From NCBI GenBank assembly GCA_002633005.1, contig NMRA01000099.1:894199-958198 (forward strand): a DNA stretch of 64,000 bases, read 5' to 3'. A program made the translations under genes and the position numbers. Below, piece after piece: positions 12,901-26,500 of this stretch (position 1 is its first letter; each line of letters begins with the position of its first letter). The notes under the pieces were generated by a model. That model saw only the letters and a list, made by a program, of their open reading frames with translations. It did not search any database and was not told the DNA's origin. This DNA comes from Phoronis australis (taxonomy: Eukaryota > Animalia > Phoronida).

Positions 12901-15900
12901 GCAGCAGATTCATGCATCATGGAAACTCACTCAACCGCTGCCGTTTGTAATGCAGTTTCCGCCCTCTTTTTAACAAAAATATTAAAAAATAATAATAAAA
13001 TAAGGCAAATGCAAACAGGGCTGAAAGTTATGAAGTGTTCTAATTTAATGAATGTAAAGTAGAGAGTATGTGTAAGTTACTAGCTATGACCAGAGAGCTC
13101 TGACTCTATAAAACTGCGAAATTCGTTGTTTTGTGATTTTATTAGAAAACGCCAAATCCCGACGTTGGCTTCCAGAAGACCGATAGAATTACCTGAAATC
13201 GAGACTTCATCGGTTAAAATTTGTTAAAATACCCTGGTATTAGCGTAGCGACGAACTTCGATCGCAGAAGTCGTGTGTTCGAATCCGTCTTGGAGCTGAT
13301 CTTCACTAAACATTCTCCCGATACTATCAGTTTAAGAAAGTCGTAATGCTTTTGTGGAAAAAATTGATCAGGAATTGGCATTTACATCATAACACATACA
13401 GAATACATTTACTGACAAACTTTCCTCTGCTGAAGTGAACACTTGCGCAAAATTACATTATGATTATCTCGGAAAGAGAGTGGAACTCCGCAAAACGGGG
13501 AGTTGCGTTGTTGGTGGGAAAGCAACATAATAGCTGTTTTTAAACGAGGAACAGTTGTCACCGTGCGAGATGTCACGGTGCGACTTGTTCCTCTTAAGTC
13601 GCATTTACATGACGTTAGATCGCAAACTGGATCAGCGCTCGTGTAAACAATAGCGAACGTCCAAAGTACGTGTATCGCCAAAAATTTGTATCATTCTTGA
13701 TCCGCTAGATGACACTTATCGCCATGACACATGCTCGCCTTATCCAATCATAAGAACGCATACGTAGGTCAAAGGTTACGAAGCTTGGACAAGTAAAACG
13801 ACAGGAGCGTGAGCACGAAGCCAGTCTCGTCTGGAAATTACAAAATATCATCAGGAATTCTTGAATATTCACAGTACACAGTGTGTTAGTGGTACCTGGG
13901 TCCCGGGGTCTCAGCTGTCTGTTAACTTGGACACAGAACTATATGCACTGATGGCCGGTCGGCGCATCGACACATGACTAAGTTACAGTGTGGTTGCATG
14001 CTAAAACGCCTTTTATTAATCTTCAGATGTTTGCCACTACGTATTTTTGTGTGGAATCCATTCCTACTTAACAGTAAAATAAGACGGAGGACAACGTAGT
14101 TATTGAACCCAATTATAAGAAGGTAAATAACACAAATTTGCACTGTTCTCTGACCCATGCCACGAAATCTGACACAGTGTCGGCATTTTTTTCACTCAGG
14201 GTGCACACTTTTGTTTCAGAAATGGCATTTTATGAAGTTTTCATTTCAGCTTTGAGACTTCGTTTATTGGAATCAACATGGTATATGGAATATCAGATTA
14301 AATATTTTGTGAAGTATCCTCATTTAGTTTTTGAGATTTGGCCTATTGAAATAAAAGAGAAAAGTGTGGGCTACGTCATTGGTGTACCATCAACCATTAA
14401 AAAACTCAGTTCAAAACACTTCTAGTAATGCATTTTTTCAGACATGACTGTAAGAGAAGGAGTATAATTTATGCAAATTGACAAGTTTTGCATAAAACAT
14501 TGATATCATTTTGCAAGTTTGCCAGAAAATTGTGTTTGAAATTTCAGATCCCTGCAATCACCTGAAGAAAAACAAGAAATACATGTTAAGATCATGAAAA
14601 AACCTTAAATTTCGATTAAATGTGATTTAATTAAATGCCATGTGTACTAAAAACATGCAATGTTTAAGTGAAACAAAATAACGATAGATTTCTGACCAAT
14701 TTCAGCTATATTAAGGACTAATCTGGCCATAATTAACATTTTTTCGTACATTAAAATGCGTAAATGTCATAAGCATCGGTGCTAAAACAAGATCATCAAG
14801 ATCATGAAGGAATTCTGTCAATATGATTGCATAACATAAAAAATCTAGTTTTGCACCCTGAGTGAAAAAATGCCGTGTAGTTATTATGTTCCTCTTTTTA
14901 CATACCCTAGCTAGAATAACACTGCAAGAATTCAATCCTGAAACAAACCACTGCTGTGTTTACGGGTATAATTTTGTGAGGCACAAAAACGAAACAACTT
15001 TTGAAGACAACTTAAAAATCATCTATTAACTGGCGAAAATATGGAATTCTGTATAAATTCAAGTTTGAAAGTATTTTAAGACCTTCTCAGATAGGAAAAT
15101 GGACAAAACAATGTTTCTTACCGATTGTGAGCTAAGCCCTAATCAACAGAGTGCAAATTCCATTGCAAGACAAGCAGGCGATCATTAACACTTCTTCACA
15201 CACCACTGTACGTGGATCCATTTTCGGAGCACAAGAGACTTGGAAATTTTTTCGAAAAATCCAGCAATGACGCTGATATTTGGCAACAGCAAGTCTTACC
15301 ATACTCTTTCTGGACAGACTATCGGCAAATTGTGTAGTTATCTCACATGACTTAAATTACTGATAATAGTTCGTTACTGTGCATTCTAATGGAGGGCTGC
15401 TGGCAAGATTTGGGGCATGCGCAGTGGTACATGTTCTGGCGATGCAGATCATACGAAAATACGCTATTGCGCAAGCGCAACGAAGGATGAACCCTTTTCG
15501 TCCTGCTCCAGTTGTGTTTAGACGTGTAGTTGACACTGAAGCAATTGATCGAATGCAACTTGTTCTACCTCTAAGACCTGTGCCAAAAATGGCCGCCGCG
15601 GTGTCCGTGTCAATCGTGTTTGCACACACACTTGCGCCCTATCAGCTGTTCCGTGTTAGTTGTTCCGTGACAGCTCTCTCCCGCGTAAATGCGGCCAGTA
15701 TTTTGGGGTGGTTTCAAATGCAATGCATTGTCACCGACAATTTCACTTTAACAATTTTCAAACAGAAGGTAAGGCGCTGTGAGTAAGTCGCTGTAGAACT
15801 GATACAAACGCTAGTTGTATCAGGCCGGCTGAATTGCTGTTAATATTAATTTTATTGTACCTGTGCCATTACTCAACGCTGTTGGTTTTGTGGGCGTTTC

Positions 15901-18900
15901 AAGACTATGCTTATTAAAATTACCTTATTTTACCTAATAAGAAATCTACCGTGATTCAGAAGAGTAATAACTACGTTAGCCCAAAACGTTTGTGTAACTT
16001 TGTATAGTCCAGAGCCAGTCGAGCCACACCAGGCTGGCTAAGGCGTAGCCCAGACGGAGAGCTAAGCGCCTCGAATGCAAATGAGCTCAGTTCGTGGCAG
16101 ACTGAATCGTAAAGATTCTCCTGCGCGCGAGCTTCACTTGTTGGATTCCTTTTTTATTTCACGCCACGTGCTTAAATCCTCGCAGCACGCGGGCGTGATG
16201 AGCTACGTGGATCACAGTCGGTAGCCCATGAGAATTAATTATTGCATCACCTGAAAAAAACGCGTATCTCCCGCTCGCTCACTGTAACCACGTGTACTAC
16301 ATTTACGCTGTTTACTACGAACGTACAGTTTACATGTCGCTGAGCATTTCCCCTCCCTGTGTACAGACAACAATGACATCAGGTAAATTTCATTTGAGGC
16401 ACACAGCTCAGCTCGTGGCTTTCTCATTTTCTGTCTTTTTCAGCGTTCCGGGCCACGTACTTTAGATGTTCAGTCCGATCTTCTGGGCAAAGTTTTTGTC
16501 TGTTAACCCCTAATGTCTTTCTAGAGTCTTTGACAATGGGGACGATTTTCTCTACAAACATTTAAATATGCCTACCTCTTTTATATTTTCTTCAGGTATC
16601 AACACAGGCGCTTTCTGTTCAGTCAGTACTCACCTAAATACTGTCGTGCTGGACAAATTCCCGGTAAGGAGACAATGTACATACAACGTATGAATAAATT
16701 ATAATCTTAATTATACGTATTCCTTTGGCAATTTCTTCCTATTGTTATCGTACACCTTTTTGTATGTCATTGCCGTCAACCATTGCTGATGCTCCCGCTA
16801 GAACTTGTTTTTTCGATTGACTGACATCCTTGTGTCTTTTTAACGACGGACTAGGGGGTGCTGGACCGTGACTTATTGGAAAACTTAATTTTGCAAGATA
16901 ACGCGGCGGCGCCCGACTGCAGCATGTCACAAAACTAATCTTGAGACAAGACGTGGCGGACGCGCTACATATCGCGGCCTATCAAAATACACCCGTTCAG
17001 TTCGACTATCAAAGTAATATCTTTTACTGCCTTTTTCAGTGCAAACACAGATGTAATTAAAACCTTCGTTCAGTCGGTGACCAGAGAACAAGAATAACTG
17101 ACGAGACGACGGGGCAGATGTAAAGTGACGCGTACTGATTTGGGGAAAAGAATCGGCGAGTGGGGATAGAATCGGTCACGTGAGGGGGGAAGAGTTGGGA
17201 CCGACCTGCAGAGAAATGTTGAAGAGCAACATCAAAAGTCCAAATTCCGCATTTCCCTGTTAAATAGCTGGTTGCACCATTGGTTTTCCGGCCATCACAG
17301 TCTGTCGTACGTCATGGTGGTCACATTTACTTTAATTGAACAGTGTTATTACTTTGTCAAAATTGATATTTGGGCCAAGAGTCCAAAAGACGTATCAAAC
17401 ATCAGGTGATGGACACTACAATTATCGAAGATGTTTTTAGATTTGCTTAAAAGCTAACAGTTTTGTAAAACACAAAAGGCGGAAATTTAAAAATTAGACC
17501 ATAATTTTTGAGGAAACAGGTCCTACGCTTTACTCACGCAGCTCTCGGGTAGAGGACTTTGAGCTATGAGCTTAACCAACAGACTCAATAATTCAAGAAG
17601 TGAAAAAGAGTCAACACATTTCGTACTGAACATTTTTCCCACTCTGTCGCCAGCTCAGACGACGATCTACGCGTCTCGCATGCACCTGATCTCACAGCTC
17701 ATAGCTCACGTCTGAGGCAAAGTGAATCGCAAACATTTTACCTCGCGGAGCGGTGAGACGAATGTCCCACTTTTTGGGATTTTTTATCGGGCGAGCGTAA
17801 ATCCTCACAGCATGCTAACGAGGTGAGCTAAGTGCCTAGTCGATTACCTTCGGTAGGTAACGAAAATTATTTATTGTGTCACCTGACCAGAACAAATCTC
17901 TTTCACTGGATCATTCTAACCGTGTATACTCAAGGTACCTAAACTACACGGTCAACGGACTCATAAACACGACTCACGGACCTGCAAACACCGTCCACTG
18001 ACTCACAAACACGGGAACGGACTCAAAAACACGATCCACGCACCCAAATACACGGGACACGGACTCACATTCACGAGGAAACATGGTTAACGGACCGCCA
18101 AACACGGGTCACGGACAAAATGAAGATGTCAGCTGACCCAGGAAGCCGATGAGTCCGTGACCCGTGTTTATGAGTCCGTTGACCGTGTAGTTTAGGTACC
18201 TTGATACTATATTTACGCTGTTTACTAAGAAAGTGACAGGTCAGTGAGCATTTTGTTCGGAGTTATTCATCTGCACTGGTAGCTAGCATTTCTACTACGT
18301 TGACTGACCACGCAGCTCATCACGAATCGTCTGGGCTGGGCTTTGTGAAGTAAAACTAATTCGACTTACAATATAGAGATGGGTACTTTTCCTGTTGTAT
18401 CGCTCGGTTTGTTTTTATAGGGCGAGGAACTAAACGCGGGAAGAATCGGACTAACTATTATCCTAGCTGGGTTAGTTGGAGCAGTGTTAGCGGGACTATG
18501 GTTGGACAAAACTAAGACGTTCAAGTGAGTGAAGTGAGGGACTGGACTACTTCTGATTCTGTCAATGTTTTGTACTGGATTCGTAGACAACAAAGTGGCC
18601 TGTGGTACAAGGTGGCCGATAACCCCGGATTTCCCCTGTTGAAAAGTATCAAATGTAGGATCTTCTTCTCTAGGAATTCAATGTTGAGTCAACCAAGACA
18701 TAAATAATTCCCAAAACTGACATGCGTATCCTTGTAGAAATGTCAAACTTTGCCTACCTTTGGAATATCATATCTGGAATCAATTGATCGGATTCTAATG
18801 TTCAAACATTTTGGTTCATAAGATGTTCTCCAAAACGCTTTCACTAATTGTTTTTCAGATGATTTCCCTTTTGCACGAGGCCCTACGTAAAAATGAATTT

Positions 18901-21900
18901 TACCAAGAAGACAACCAATGGTAGATTGGTATAAAGTCCAAAAATAAAATTCTATACACTTTCTACTTTGAGACACTATGTAATCATACTGAGTTAAATT
19001 CTATAATAGTTTTTTTTAGATATTTGGCTAATCGCGAAGGCTACCTAATGTAGCTATTCATACCTTAAAATCTCTTGGCGACTCTCAGCTCTACATGTGG
19101 AAAGTAAATTAAATTACATTTACTACCACGCGAGTTGTTCAGTTTAGCACATTTGTTGTTGTTGAATATAAATTTTACCGTTGTGTCTTTTATTTCTCCT
19201 GTAGCCATGATAACTATTGGTCGATTATTACAGAACTGATGCTGAATTGTAAAGGATGTGCTTCGTACGTTCTAACGGGAACCCAGTTTGTTAAGAAAAA
19301 CCGTGCCTATGGTGATACATGTAAATAGCACATTGGAGTGATTGGTGTTAATGTTATTTTCAGAAAAACAACGGTTGTGATTTATTGCCTCTCGTTCACC
19401 TCGCTACTGTCATACACCATTACCGTGGATTACGTCCCGTCAATAGCGGTAGTTTTTGTGTGCGCAGGATTCTTAGGGTGAGATTTCACTGAACTGATTT
19501 TACCTTAGGCTTTTTCAAAGTCTGAGGTTAATTTTGTCTGATAAATGCATGAAATCCCCGATCAGGAAAATGGTAAATACCGAAGATGGTACACCCCACA
19601 CGCTTTCAACTACAAGTTCAACTGCAGTAAAAACAAGTTTAACGCATCAAAATGGCCCTTAAAAGTTCCATTCCAGGCATGAATGGAAAATTAGAAGTTC
19701 CACATAATAATAGAACACAAGAAGTTCTACGTGGACTAAGATGGAAAATCACAAGCGTTTACTCGCCGTGTTTCAAAACAAAGCCATGTGCTCCATTGTA
19801 TACATACACAAAACGTACGGAGAGTGGGGGTAGATGAAGTAATATCCCACGAGACATTATTTCGCGGATTAACGTCGAGCGGCATATCACTTCATCTACG
19901 CCAATCGGGGTACGTTTTGTATTTATCCCATACGCTTCGAATTCCTAAGTTTCTTTAATTTTTTAGACAATTTTTAAATACTTTACCCAGACTGTTCACG
20001 TGGCGGATCACATCATATATGTATGTTCTTGCGCGTTAGGTTACAAGTTTTCTCCAGTAAAAGAAATAGTGTAACGATTTATTACTTGAAAGGAGATAAC
20101 AAAGATGAAAACAATGGTAATTGTGCACTGAACTTGTCTCATTTCCTGAAAACAGCTAAATTACAACAATTTTTGATGTTTAAGTTACTGAGGAATCGGC
20201 GTCTGAGTTGTAGACGATATATTTAGCAATTAAAAATTGAGACAGAAGTGTAGTTTTGTTCCAGATGTGAAGTTTGGAACCTGATCGCATGTTGAGTCTT
20301 ACTTATACTGCTGCAATTGTATTACTTTAAATATTTTGGGAAAGTATTATGATCAGCCTGGCTGACGACTTCGAGTCGACATTGACCTACCTTTTGAACT
20401 TTCCACGTCAGAGGAGGGGAATACGTAAAACAATATCAAATGGCCGTATTGCACGTAATTCAACGCGTATGGGATAAAATGCTATTTGTACTTCCCGGAT
20501 ATGCCCACTTATGTCTTCAACTATTTCATTTTTGATTTAATTATGTTCCACCGATTTTGATATTATTTTTGCATAAAGCTCCTGCTTAATGCATATTTTC
20601 AGCATGTTCGTGACGGGTTACGTTCCGGTTGGGTTCGAGTTTGCCGCAGAATTGACGTACCCAGAATCTGAGGGAACCTCCTCCGGTATACTGAACGCGT
20701 CTGCACAGGTAGGCTTACTATGTGACTAACCAAACGAAGCTCAGCGTTCTTTAAAGGTACTCTTTCCACGTTAGTCCAGTCGACGCTTAGCCCATATATG
20801 CTCACTCAACGCAACTCGAAATAGTTAAATTTATACGAATTTTTGGTTTAACTTTTATTTTGGTGGTGCACCATCAACTAAAATGACCGCCGTAGTGAGC
20901 GGCAGTTCACTCACTGCCGTCAATTGTAACGGAAACGCCACCCACTTAAAAAAAAAAAAATTCTTATGCGCCCACATATACATACGTGGGTGCATATTAC
21001 TGTCATTTCTGTCTGGGCCTATGGATGTCCGGCGCACGTTGCTATATTTCTGAAACCCCTTGTAAGATCTCTGTGAGCAGAGAATGGTTGGCGATGACTT
21101 TGAGACAGATTCGACAACCGCTGTGCCCTCAAATGACCATTTTAGTTCATTTGACTGAGTTTTATGAAATTTGGCAAAGCGGTTTCTGTTGAGATGACAA
21201 CGATACCTTCGCCATGAAGGCCGTATTCGATTCGGCTGGTGTCAATTTTATGGAAAGTGTGATTACTGTTGTCAATCTTATGACAAATTGTCATTTGTTT
21301 GTTTTAATATCTACCAAGTACTTAGATTGATCTTCATGAGACTTGTCTAGTCATTGAGTGTTCCCTATTGAGGAGAGCCTGTGCAGAACTGATGCTTATT
21401 TTAGGATTGACCCGATTACTGCGGAAATATTTAAAAATGTGAGCACGCTTTATTTTTTTACCGTTTGTAATTCACACGCTGAGCGCGTATTAACGCTCTG
21501 TGCTGTCTTTGTTACACTTGTAGCGACTGAATTTTTAAATAATCGAGATGAAAGCAGTAACGACGCTACCGTAAAACTTTGATAAAATGTGACCTAACGA
21601 TACGAACTCGTATGTTAAGTTGAAATGAGCGATGGAAGGCCTACGCTCGCGTTTCAGATAGTTTGAGAACACCACAGAGGTTTTCTGTGGACAGTGGCCC
21701 ATTTCAAGGGTTTGCTTGGCGGACGAAAAGCCGAAAACCGTGGATGACTCTATATGAAGACGAACAATTTTTAGGTAAATTGAAACACGACATCCACTTG
21801 ACCATTCACTAGCTTAAAAATTTAAGGCCATGTGAAAACATCTGTTGATACAAATGTTGTCATGTCTTCGTCCCGACGGCGACTTACAACATGTTTTTTT

Positions 21901-23320
21901 ATGAGTGAGGGCACTATTACATCGGAGTTCTGTGCGTCTCCATAACTTCATTTAGTGCATCCGGGACACTCGGTCACTGAATTTTCCAATACAGTTTGTG
22001 AGCGAATGTTGTATAAAAACAGTGCGACATTTCAGTTGTGCGTCTATAGCGCGGTTTGGCTGGAGGTACCCCAAACTTTTCTTGGAGTTGAAAGCACTCT
22101 TTTTTTCTTCCAGATTTGTGGCACCGTATTTTCGCTATGTCACGGTGCAATGCAAGAGGCACACGGGACATTTGCTGCCAACATGTTGATATGCGGACTT
22201 CATTTAGTGGGAACCATATTAACTGTAACTATTAAAGCGGATTACAGACGGCAGGCCGCGGCAAAGCAGGTATGTGTTCTTCTTCCGTAGACTGCGGCCA
22301 CTAATGCTATTTATTGCAGCCAGGGTCCTAATGACCAAGAAACCCAATAGTTTATGTTTCATCACGTTTCATGTATGATAGTTACGTCCGAAAGGATGGG
22401 GGGGGGAGTTGACTCAAACCCCCAACTTATAAGAAGGCATTTGAAATTCGATAGTTTTATCAAATTTTTTGCTACTGTCTCTGTTGATGTTCCCACAAAA
22501 CCCAACTTGTTTAGCGGTCCGTCCTCGAGCCTTTGTATAAACAAGATAGCAGATGTAAACCGCCTGTTACCTATGTTGCCGCACCGCGGTAATTCATCTA
22601 AGGCCAGTTTGCGGTGTTATGCAACAAGATGATGGTCTTAGTGGTATCCTTGGATGGATGAAATCTGTACTCTAAACTGGTGACTAAAACAGAGTAAAGA
22701 GTATCTCAAGCGACATCATGAATTTCTGTCGCATACAAAGTCTAAGATATGACACTTATTCTTAAAGTTGCATTTCGTCTTATTTAGCTGGCAAAACACA
22801 ACTAAGCCTTTTACTCTCATAAAACCAATCTCATATTATTCGTTACCATGATAGGACTCCATTACTGTAACCAACGAGAACCTTGAGACCATCAGCGACT
22901 CAAGAAGAGCTTGAAAATTTATCGGGGTTGGCCAACCCTAAAACTGTGAATTGAAAATGCCTCCTGTACACGCATTTTCTATGGCTTAAGTTGCTGGCTC
23001 ATTCGGCAACAACTCAAGATCGAATGACCGTGGTAATGTTTTTAAGCTGCAAAGCAATTGGGAAATACTTCTTTAAGGGTGTCGATGTTGTATGACAACA
23101 CCAGTTGGATGTTCAAGGAAGTTCTTGTGGTTTTTTCGCATTAAATTTGCAAGGTACAAAACATGAATGAATTTAAAGATGAATTTTATTTTGCTTGTCC
23201 TGTGTCAGAACACACATTTTCACAATTTCTGTCATTGACTGACTGATAGATTTCTTCTTCTTTTTCTAGCACATGGAAGAAATGGCAAAAGAACTTAAGG
23301 ATGTCATACAAGTAACGTAA
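9920..23320 (+). CDS. FLVCR: FLVCR1/FLVCR2-like MFS transporter (SLC49 family; choline/ethanolamine transporter, historically heme exporter), 9 coding exons, ~478 aa
   Basis: Hand-spliced exons 9920-10477, 10704-10845, 11605-11742, 16596-16663, 18421-18524, 19364-19477, 20603-20708, 22114-22269, 23270-23320 (TAA). All introns are GT-AG with matching phases. Family motifs: RRW...[51 protein letters not shown]...[41 protein letters not shown]. An AG acceptor at 9910-9911 implies an upstream non-coding exon. The last exon is the least certain. Confidence 0.93.
12856..12980 (+). repeat. Dispersed repeat with terminal palindrome, also at ~20857-20960
   Basis: TTTTGGTG(A/G)TGCACCATCA.CTAAAATG.CCGCC..GTGAGC.GCAG shared by both copies. 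Confidence 0.65.
14181..14877. mobile_element. Non-autonomous TIR element in FLVCR intron 3
   Basis: CGGCATTTTTTTCACTCAGGGTGCA at the left and TGCACCCTGAGTGAAAAAATGCCGTG at the right; left extreme end degenerate, no clear TSD. Confidence 0.6.
17931..18203. mobile_element. 273-bp MITE with perfect 41-bp TIRs and 5-bp TSD
   Basis: TIRs 17931-17971 and 18163-18203 (CAAGGTACCTAAACTACACGG...). ATACT duplicated at 17926-17930 and 18204-18208. Internal CACGGACTCACAAACACG-like subrepeats. Confidence 0.88.
19798..19927. repeat. Imperfect ~130-bp palindrome (fold-back element)
   Basis: CAAAACGTAC..GTAGATGAAGT arm pairs with ACTTCATCTAC..GTACGTTTTG arm. Confidence 0.6.
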
Positions 23321-23376
23321 TTACAATTTGGTGCTAACGGTCAATTCATACGCAATTCATTTTGTGATATCTTTGT

Positions 23377-23382
23377 TTTATT
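23377..23382 (-). terminator. Candidate polyadenylation signal (AATAAA) of GH1 paralog A
   Basis: TTTATT on the plus strand about 210 nt downstream of the minus-strand stop at 23589. Confidence 0.5.
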
Positions 23383-23588
23383 GAAATATAACATTTGTGA
23401 TTAGCTTCTGGTGTTCAAAATACATTATCAAGATATCCATTCTGACTCTCTTAAAATAACTGTCTCTTTTTAAAAAGACTTCTGAAACGCAAAAGCAATA
23501 GGGGTACTCCAGGTCACACGATAAATTGTATATACTTCTTGGGACAGAGCATGTACCATTACACTGGCGCCATCACGGACGCTCGTGC

Positions 23589-26500
23589 TCAGAATAACAC
23601 GCGTGCTGCTATGCTCAGGAGAAGAACGAAGATGCTTGGGGTGTGAAATGGTGATGAGTTAACCGGTTCGGGTTTAGGGAATCCGTTATCGGCGAAAAGT
23701 TTCTTTAAGTACGCGGCTGACTTCTTAGCTTTTCTTGGTCTCGCTGGGTCGTTGAAGTCGACGTAATGGATGCCAAATTTTTCCAAGTATCCAGAGGCCC
23801 ACTCGAAATTGTCCAGGAGCGACCACGCTGTGTAACCTTTTATATTGCAACCATCTTTTTTAGCCGCTGAAATGTTAAGTAACAGCATAGTGGAGTGGTT
23901 AATAATTGCAGTAGCGAACCAGTACTGAATCACACGTTTGGTACTAGCCTTTTTATGGATATCGAAAACCGATGGGTTCGCATCTCTGAGCATAATATGG
24001 TGTAACCAAAACAGAATCAAGGGAGTGTCACGTTAATGATCGTCGTGGTAACCTGATATTGGATAAGTGCTACCTATATACCAGTATTTGTGACAAACTG
24101 AACCGGCTGCTTGAAATGCTACTATGAAATGATATCTTTTAGATCGTGCTGTTTTGGATGACCGATATCTCGTAACTTGTGCATATCACGCTTCACGGGA
24201 TCTTTGAAAAGGGCAATGAACTGCCCAGGTCTAGTGTAACGACAGATCTTGTCAGTGGTTCGTATGATCACCTAAATGTGGTCCTACAGGGACACAGCGT
24301 CGCAACAGAAAACAACAGGAGCACCCGGGCCTAGTGGCTGACGATGAATACTGGAGGCTTCTTATTGCGTCTTTTGTTTTTGACGCAACCTGACTTGAGA
24401 CGCACATTTACTTAATGGACATCACCTTGGACGCATTTTGGTACGCTTACAAAAGAAAAAAGCACTCGAGTAGCCAGTGGAAGATCTACGTTTTCAGTAA
24501 GGGGGGTGTTTAGGATTCGAGCGAATCCGAGGCGAGTAGCGCTGAGTGCAGGGAAGGAAACCCCCTCCCGTGTAAGATTTTTTTGTGGTTTTTAGTAGCT
24601 GATTTCGTTTTTCTGGCGAAAATTTTTTAATTTTTATTTGGTTTGAAGCCCCTGAACCTCCTCCCTGTAGATTTGCCTCTGGTAACTTGAAAGAAAACAA
24701 CAAATAAAACCACAAGTGTTGTGGTAAATAAAAGTGAGTGACGCGTACTGGACGTTTTTAAAAGACAGTGTTCTTGTTCTGGGACCGAATGTGCGTGGAC
24801 CAAAAGGATGAAATGGATCTCAGTAACATGAAAAGTGAGTCCACTGGGCCCCAGTATTTAGAAATGGACTAGTACAAAAACATGCACATTGTAATGGACA
24901 ATTCTTTCGTCTTGTAAGCCAAGTTATTCCAATGTTATTTGCAACAATTTCCCCATGCCGTTATCCATCCGGAACAGCTCGAGTATTAAAATTAAAGGCT
25001 ACCAAAATACATTATCTTTTCCGAATTGACGTCTTCATGCATTTTCTGAAGTACGAATTTTAGCGTTGCTGATATTGGTGACCATAATTTCGTCCTTGAG
25101 TTAACTTGCCAACTTTTTTGGCAAACCTATTTTTTACTCATTGTCCAAGTAACGACAGACAACATGTATACACCAGTGCAGTACCTTTCAGTACGTTGTT
25201 TATGTAGCTTCTGTAGAAATTAATTCTGTGATGGTCTTCTAAGGTTCCATTCCTGTCCGAAACCCCATTCTCGGTGATATACAAAGGAGGATTGTCGTAG
25301 TTGTCCTTTATCCAAATCAGCAGCTTACGAAGGCCCCATGGTACTACTTTGAGCCATGATGAGCCGGACCTGAAAAACGTCAACTGTGCATGCTCATGTT
25401 GAAAATATGCCTGAGATATTACGTACATTACGTACTGTGCCGTTTCGATAGATGCAGATAAAGGCGATATTCCGGATGCTCGCATAAATACAATTTAGCA
25501 GCGAAATACTATTGATATTCGTCTAATGAAGAGGAGGCAGCCTCAATTAATTTCTCATTATCGGTACAGGTCCGCATGTATGAGTAATAAGACAGACAGT
25601 TTTAGTTGACGATTAGTTGAAATTTATAATGTATGTACATATAATGTATACACTGGCTGGTTTATCGGTTAGTTTCGTAGATATCAGTACACTATATGGA
25701 CATGTTGAAAGTCGTCTATACCCCAGCCATTTGGGATCAATTTCCTCTTTGACGTCAGGGTCGTCTCCGTAGCTTGACTCGTTCACTGTGATGGTTTTTA
25801 TGTCTGATGTTATCAGCTGTGTAGTGTAGTGATTCAAGCCGAAAAAGTCGTGGGTCCCTGAAATTATGACGACAATTCTGGTACCGGTGCACACCAAAAG
25901 TCTCCCAGCCAAGCGCTGACACATTCTTCGTTTACCGCCTTTGTAATCCGCCCCGCGCGCACTCTATGGAGAGTGTGACCACACTAACAACTACATGTAC
26001 GTCAATGTTGTTGTTTCTGTTATCGAAATCATTGAACGCTTCCTTATTATACGTTCTTTTATATACAAGCTGAAACACACTACCACATTCTTTTTGCTAT
26101 TCAGTCGTATTCCTGTTCCAAAATGGCTTTGTAGAGTTTTGGTATACCCAGAAACGCGTGTTAGTACAGAATTCACGCAGATGCTTTCGGATAGGGTTTG
26201 GAAGATTCTCAAGAACACTTACTTTACAACAGTGTTCCCTGCATGGCAGCTTACCTTTGATTTCTTCTATTTCACTTTTTGTGAACACCGGTAGTCGTGA
26301 CTCTGGATATCCTTGAAGCTTACTTTTGTTCGCCACCATCTCCTTCATGATTGCGGGATAGTCTCCCTTATAAATAGGATGAGCGTACCACCCGAGTTTA
26401 AACTGCATAGCTCTTTCCGACGCAGCCACGTCATCAGGATTGTTTGGATCTTTCGGACCCTTCCAATCAGAATCCAAGGTGATGGATATTTTACCTTCAA

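Noticed and set aside
14173-14179. CACAGTG RSS heptamer (also at ~52310-52316)
   Set aside because: No nonamer at 12 or 23 spacing; a 7-mer is expected several times by chance in 64 kb.
15379-15786. 135-aa ORF, and similar 100-160 aa ORFs (929-1309, 62259-62732, 63363-63848)
   Set aside because: No recognisable domain, mostly non-ATG starts, located in intronic or repeat DNA.
17941-18120. Short repeats with variable spacing resembling a CRISPR array
   Set aside because: Degenerate subterminal repeats inside a TIR/TSD-bounded MITE in eukaryotic DNA; no unique spacers and no cas genes.
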